DNA from: Eledone cirrhosa
Lineage: Eukaryota
DNA: 64,000 nucleotides
NCBI GenBank assembly: GCA_964016885.1
Contig: OZ024740.1
Span: forward strand, 165,974,001 to 166,038,000
Direction: 5' to 3'
Below are positions 59,321 to 64,000 of this stretch, one piece after another (position 1 is the first letter of the stretch; the number at the start of each line of letters is the position of its first letter). The notes below the pieces were generated by a model. It saw only the letters and a program-made list of their open reading frames with translations. It did not search any database and was not told where the DNA came from. Both the position numbers and the translations under genes were made by a program.

Positions 59321-60252
59321 CTCATGCTAGATTATGAGAATAGTGACGTTTTCAGATCCACTCCACTAAGAAACCTCATTAGAGGCATTTTCAAATAATA
59401 TTTGGAAGAAAATTCGAAAAACAAAATGAAACTATTGTGTGTAGCTACGCTGCACCAGAAGTGCTTTAGTTTAAAGAAAATACCAAAATCTTTGTTCAGT
59501 CACTACATTCTGTCAGTATCTGAAAATGTCCCAGTAGTCAAAGTGTCACTCTAAGCTAGTAAACAAGCCGTAATTAGATACAATTAGATGTATATAAGGA
59601 CATTGGTATTTGAATCGCAAAACACAGTTCTGATAACAATCATACTTTTAATATATGAGTATATATTCCGTTCAGAAAAACAAACGAATAAGCACATTTA
59701 ACTTTTGTCTATATATCCCATATATTGTAGTATATGAAAAATGAATATCCGGATCAGTAGGTCGGCAAACATATTTTGTAACCCTTAATCATAGGGATTA
59801 ATACATTACATTTATAATCAGGAGCAATTTCACACTTGCAAACAAATGGTGTATTGTACAATTAATTATGAATTCATGTAAATATGAACAGGCCAATAAT
59901 AAAATACGCTTATCAAGTAGAGTGAAATACAAACGACTACAAAACCGATGGTTGTCATTTCTATATAAAAGTCAGATACTGAAGAATCTTGTGTTTTGCC
60001 AGTTGTAGCTACGAAGAAGTTAAGCCTGAAGACCATTACTTGGTTTGTTTTCAGATGTCATCCGCATGAAAAATAATTATTAGTTTGGCCTAAACAATGA
60101 TTAAGAATGCATAATATATTTGCTGAATTTTATCGCAATGAATAGACTTCATAATACTTCAATATAGGGCTGGTAATTTGTGAAATACATGTTACGTGTG
60201 TTTACGAATAAAATAAAATATATTAAACTGAAACACGCTCTCTCATTCTTTC

Positions 60253-60302
<50 letters not shown>

Positions 60303-60525
60303 ACGTATATATATGTGGCTGTGCGTGTATGCATGCATGTATGTATATGCATATATATAAAAGTATAAAGTTGTAAAAATGTTACAGATTTTTAACTATA
60401 GGGAATTTAACCGAGGGCTATTTTATTTTACTTCTGAAATACGATTTCGTCGGGAATCGTAAGTTTATCGGTGATCTGAAGTAAGAATGTTATTCCAGAA
60501 GGAAACAAAGAACAGTCAATCAATC

Positions 60526-60561
<36 letters not shown>

Positions 60562-61118
60562 GATGGTTATGATGATGATTATAATGCTGATGATGCTATG
60601 TAAATTAAATATAAGGTAGATGATATAAATTCAACACAGGATTTATCTAGCTCATACATAAATTTTTGTTGTATATCGATTGCAATTTCTATAAAGATAC
60701 ATTGTGTATTTCCAATCTTGCTTTCCTCTAAATGCGTGTCGCTTTTAGTACTGAACTATCTCTTATCAGTGTTTGTTATCTATATTTTTAGAGTTTGGGC
60801 ATTTGTAATAATTGTAAGTAGCATAAGGTTGACATTCCCGGCAAGAAGACAAGATTTATTTCTTTTAACTTCCCAAATTCAACTGGCTTCCTTATCTTTC
60901 TGTTGAACATAGATTTCGCATCCCTGGGATTTTAATCATTGGTCAATGTCTTTATTTCTTTTTCTTCTGTTCTGTTCTTATAATCCATAGAAGAAGTACT
61001 GCAGCTTCCTTCATATCTAAATGTCGGAAAATAAAAATAAAATATTCATAAATACTATAGAATAATGGAATAGGATGACAGAACATTATATTTACCGAGG
61101 AATATTTATTTGACAAGA

Positions 61119-61151
<33 letters not shown>

Positions 61152-61303
61152 GCTGCTGCTACTACTACTACTACTACTGCTACTACTACTACTACTACTA
61201 CTACTATTGCTACTACTACTACTACTACTATTATTGCTACTACTACTACTACTACTACTACTATTATTGTTACTACTACTACTACTACTACTACTATTAT
61301 TGT

Positions 61304-61338
<35 letters not shown>

Positions 61339-61345
61339 TTATTGT

Positions 61346-61389
<44 letters not shown>

Positions 61390-61405
61390 ACACTACCACC
61401 ACCAC
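61119..61405. repeat. Compound (CTA)n trinucleotide microsatellite
   Basis: (CTA)n interrupted by TTA/TTG/CTG. Confidence 0.95.
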
Positions 61406-63197
61406 AGTAGCAATAATCTATCCATATAACCAACAACAGCAATAATGATAATAATCGTTTTCTGTTCGATAAATTAAGTTAGTGGGACGTCAATTTTCAA
61501 TATAAATTGAGATAAAACTTGTAACTAACTTTGTTAGAAATGATTGACGATTTTATTCTATGATACTTGTTGCCATCGTACAATTTACGGCATCATCAAC
61601 ATCATCAATAATTCCACAACAACAACCAGCCCTCCTATCACGCCTCCAACAATAATACAAAGATTATTGTTTCAACCGCTACAACTAATATCCTCACCAT
61701 CATAATTGCTTAAACAACTACACCCACTTCTACAATCGTCTCACTCCTTATTTAACGTTCTTTTAAGAATGACCGACAGATTGAGCCAATATAAATTATT
61801 CGGAAAACTTGACAGATTCAGTCTACTACGTTCTAGTCAACAAGGTGCATCTATGCTGTTGTTCAACCTACTCCAAATAGCAAGCATATCTCCTTCAAAT
61901 CCAATTATTCTGTCCAAGAACAGAAAAAACACACATTGGATCCTATTTGTCTTTAAAAAGACGGGATCACCATGGTTGAAACTACCTTTGAGCATATAAC
62001 TGCTCTATAGGCGCTGGCCTGGGTTTAAACAATAGCAAAACCATCTGTATCTGTTCAATTAACCGTTATCTTTTCAGAACCATTTGAACAGTCCAAATCA
62101 GAAGAATAGTTTAACTCCCAATGCCTAGTTAAGTGTGTATGCAATTTAGTGGTGACAATACAATAATTGCTGTTCAGAAGAACTTACTTTATATATTTCA
62201 ATTGTAGCGTGTCTTCTCTCGGCTGCATGCTACTGGACTATTGATTAGATTATTGCATAACGAAATATGAAAACCTGTAAAGCATTAACAGCTAATCTCA
62301 ACATGAGTAATAGATCAGGTATAGCATCATCATTTTCTCCTTGAGTGCCTTTTCCAGAGTTCATTGTGATGGAAGTATTTGAACAGGCGATTCCCTCTCA
62401 TTCACGTTAGCCACTGCGTATCTTGCTCTGGGTATAAGATGTATCAATCTAACCAGCCTAGATAGGATTGATATACTGTTTTTCTCTTCTGACTAACATA
62501 AAACAAAATATATAGTCGCTGATTTCTATATCATTAACATATCTCGTGACCACTACTGCCTCGTTCACTCCTTGGTCCTCCAACATAATCGCCATCAACA
62601 CTTCCCACGGTAGCATTTGTCAACTAGAGAACCCATAGATAGCATTCATCATATTTATCACTACCATAACTACTACCATTACCAATAACTAGCGAAAACT
62701 ACTTCTATGTTGTCGTTTAGTTTGCAAACAATAACAAGATCTCATTCAGATCACCCATGCTTACTGTCTTAAGTTAGAAAAGGATACGTTGGATTATGCA
62801 GATAAATATGCCTATAAAAAGATGCCATAAACACGACTGGAATGCTTTTGATCGAAGATCTACTCATTTAAGGCTGACCAAAGAACTAACCCATCATAAA
62901 AAAAGCATCAACCTCAATACTATTACTATATTTCTGAACTAAGCTGAATTAAATACATAACATATCTGAACTTATCAACTTTTCCCATGGTATGCTTTTA
63001 TTTGTTATGCCAAGTACTTGCCCCCATGTTTTCTTCAACGTACATTTCTACTTTCTTTCAAGTATCAACTTTAGTGGCACCTGGGATGCGATGCTAAGTA
63101 CTCGAAATAATGTAATGCATTCCTTCCATTATTGCTCACTTAACCTCTCTACATCATCAAATAAGACAATGAAAACAATGCTGATGATGAAGGTGTA

Positions 63198-63260
<63 letters not shown>

Positions 63261-64000
63261 TTAATATATTGGGTAGTTGAAATGTATTAGCAGTAGTAGC
63301 ACTAGTTTAAATAAAAAAAAGTTAAACAATAAAGAAAAGTCGATTATATCGATGTGCTATCGACGTGATATTTGACTGGTAGTTTATTTATCAACCACGA
63401 AATGATGAATGGAAGATTTTGACTCATATTGTAACGCATTTTGTCCATCGCTCGGACGATTCTTTCAGTCCGCTGCCAATATAATGAATTGGCAAAAACT
63501 GTAGAATGCCGGACAGAATATATTGCGTTATTTATTTACGTACATTTACGGTCTTCGTTCAAATCTTCCCAATATCGATTTTGCCTTGTATAATGCCGGT
63601 TTCGTTAACATAAAGCAATAATGAATATTACAGACCTGCCAACATGTAAAAACCCACACGGGGCGTACCATGAAAAATGTGCCCCAAATCGAGAGATTTT
63701 ACGTAATGAAAGCTATACCCATTTTCACAAGAGTAAACATCTCCCACCCACTTTGGGGTGGGTGGGAGAATACCCGTCGGACGGAGAGAGTTTACAGATT
63801 TGATGTTATCAATTATACACCACCCCTGAATTCAATAATTATTTCTTATGCTTGAAATAATTGTCTATTCTAAGCAAAAATAGGGTGGGGGATTAGTATA
63901 ATCAACTCTAGCATTGGTATCTATTTTGTTCATAAAAGACAGACATAAAATGAATCGAATTTATCAAATACTTCATTACATTTAAATACTGGCATTTAGC

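Noticed and set aside
59340-59390. - strand CTAATGA...GAAAACGTC motif
   Set aside because: Core mutated and no stem I.
61092-61445. Poly-S/T/V/L ORFs
   Set aside because: Trinucleotide microsatellite translations.

Overview
AT-rich, microsatellite-dense animal genomic DNA; the SINE and repeat landscape suggests an octopus (inference). The window is mostly intron of a + strand gene. Two phase-compatible exons (4510-4673, 39007-39154) encode consecutive Ig-domain halves resembling PTK7/off-track. The introns hold a near full-length, lightly mutated Tx1-clade (L1 group) LINE on the - strand (~22640-28480), many tRNA-derived SINEs including a 5-copy tandem array, non-autonomous RTE-like elements, and decayed Penelope, RTE, R4/RLE and Chapaev3-like fragments. 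There are also kb-scale (TA)n-derived satellites. Signals the ORF track does not explain: (i) at least seven hammerhead-ribozyme motifs in small elements mostly embedded in (TA)n, including one canonical type I hammerhead at 15707-15767; those with intact cores are all antisense to the host gene; (ii) three long near-perfect palindromes tied to such elements; (iii) a shared 3' terminus and (AAT)n context between the Tx1 LINE and the dominant SINE, suggesting a LINE-SINE partner pair. All alignments and folds were done by eye; no database search was run.
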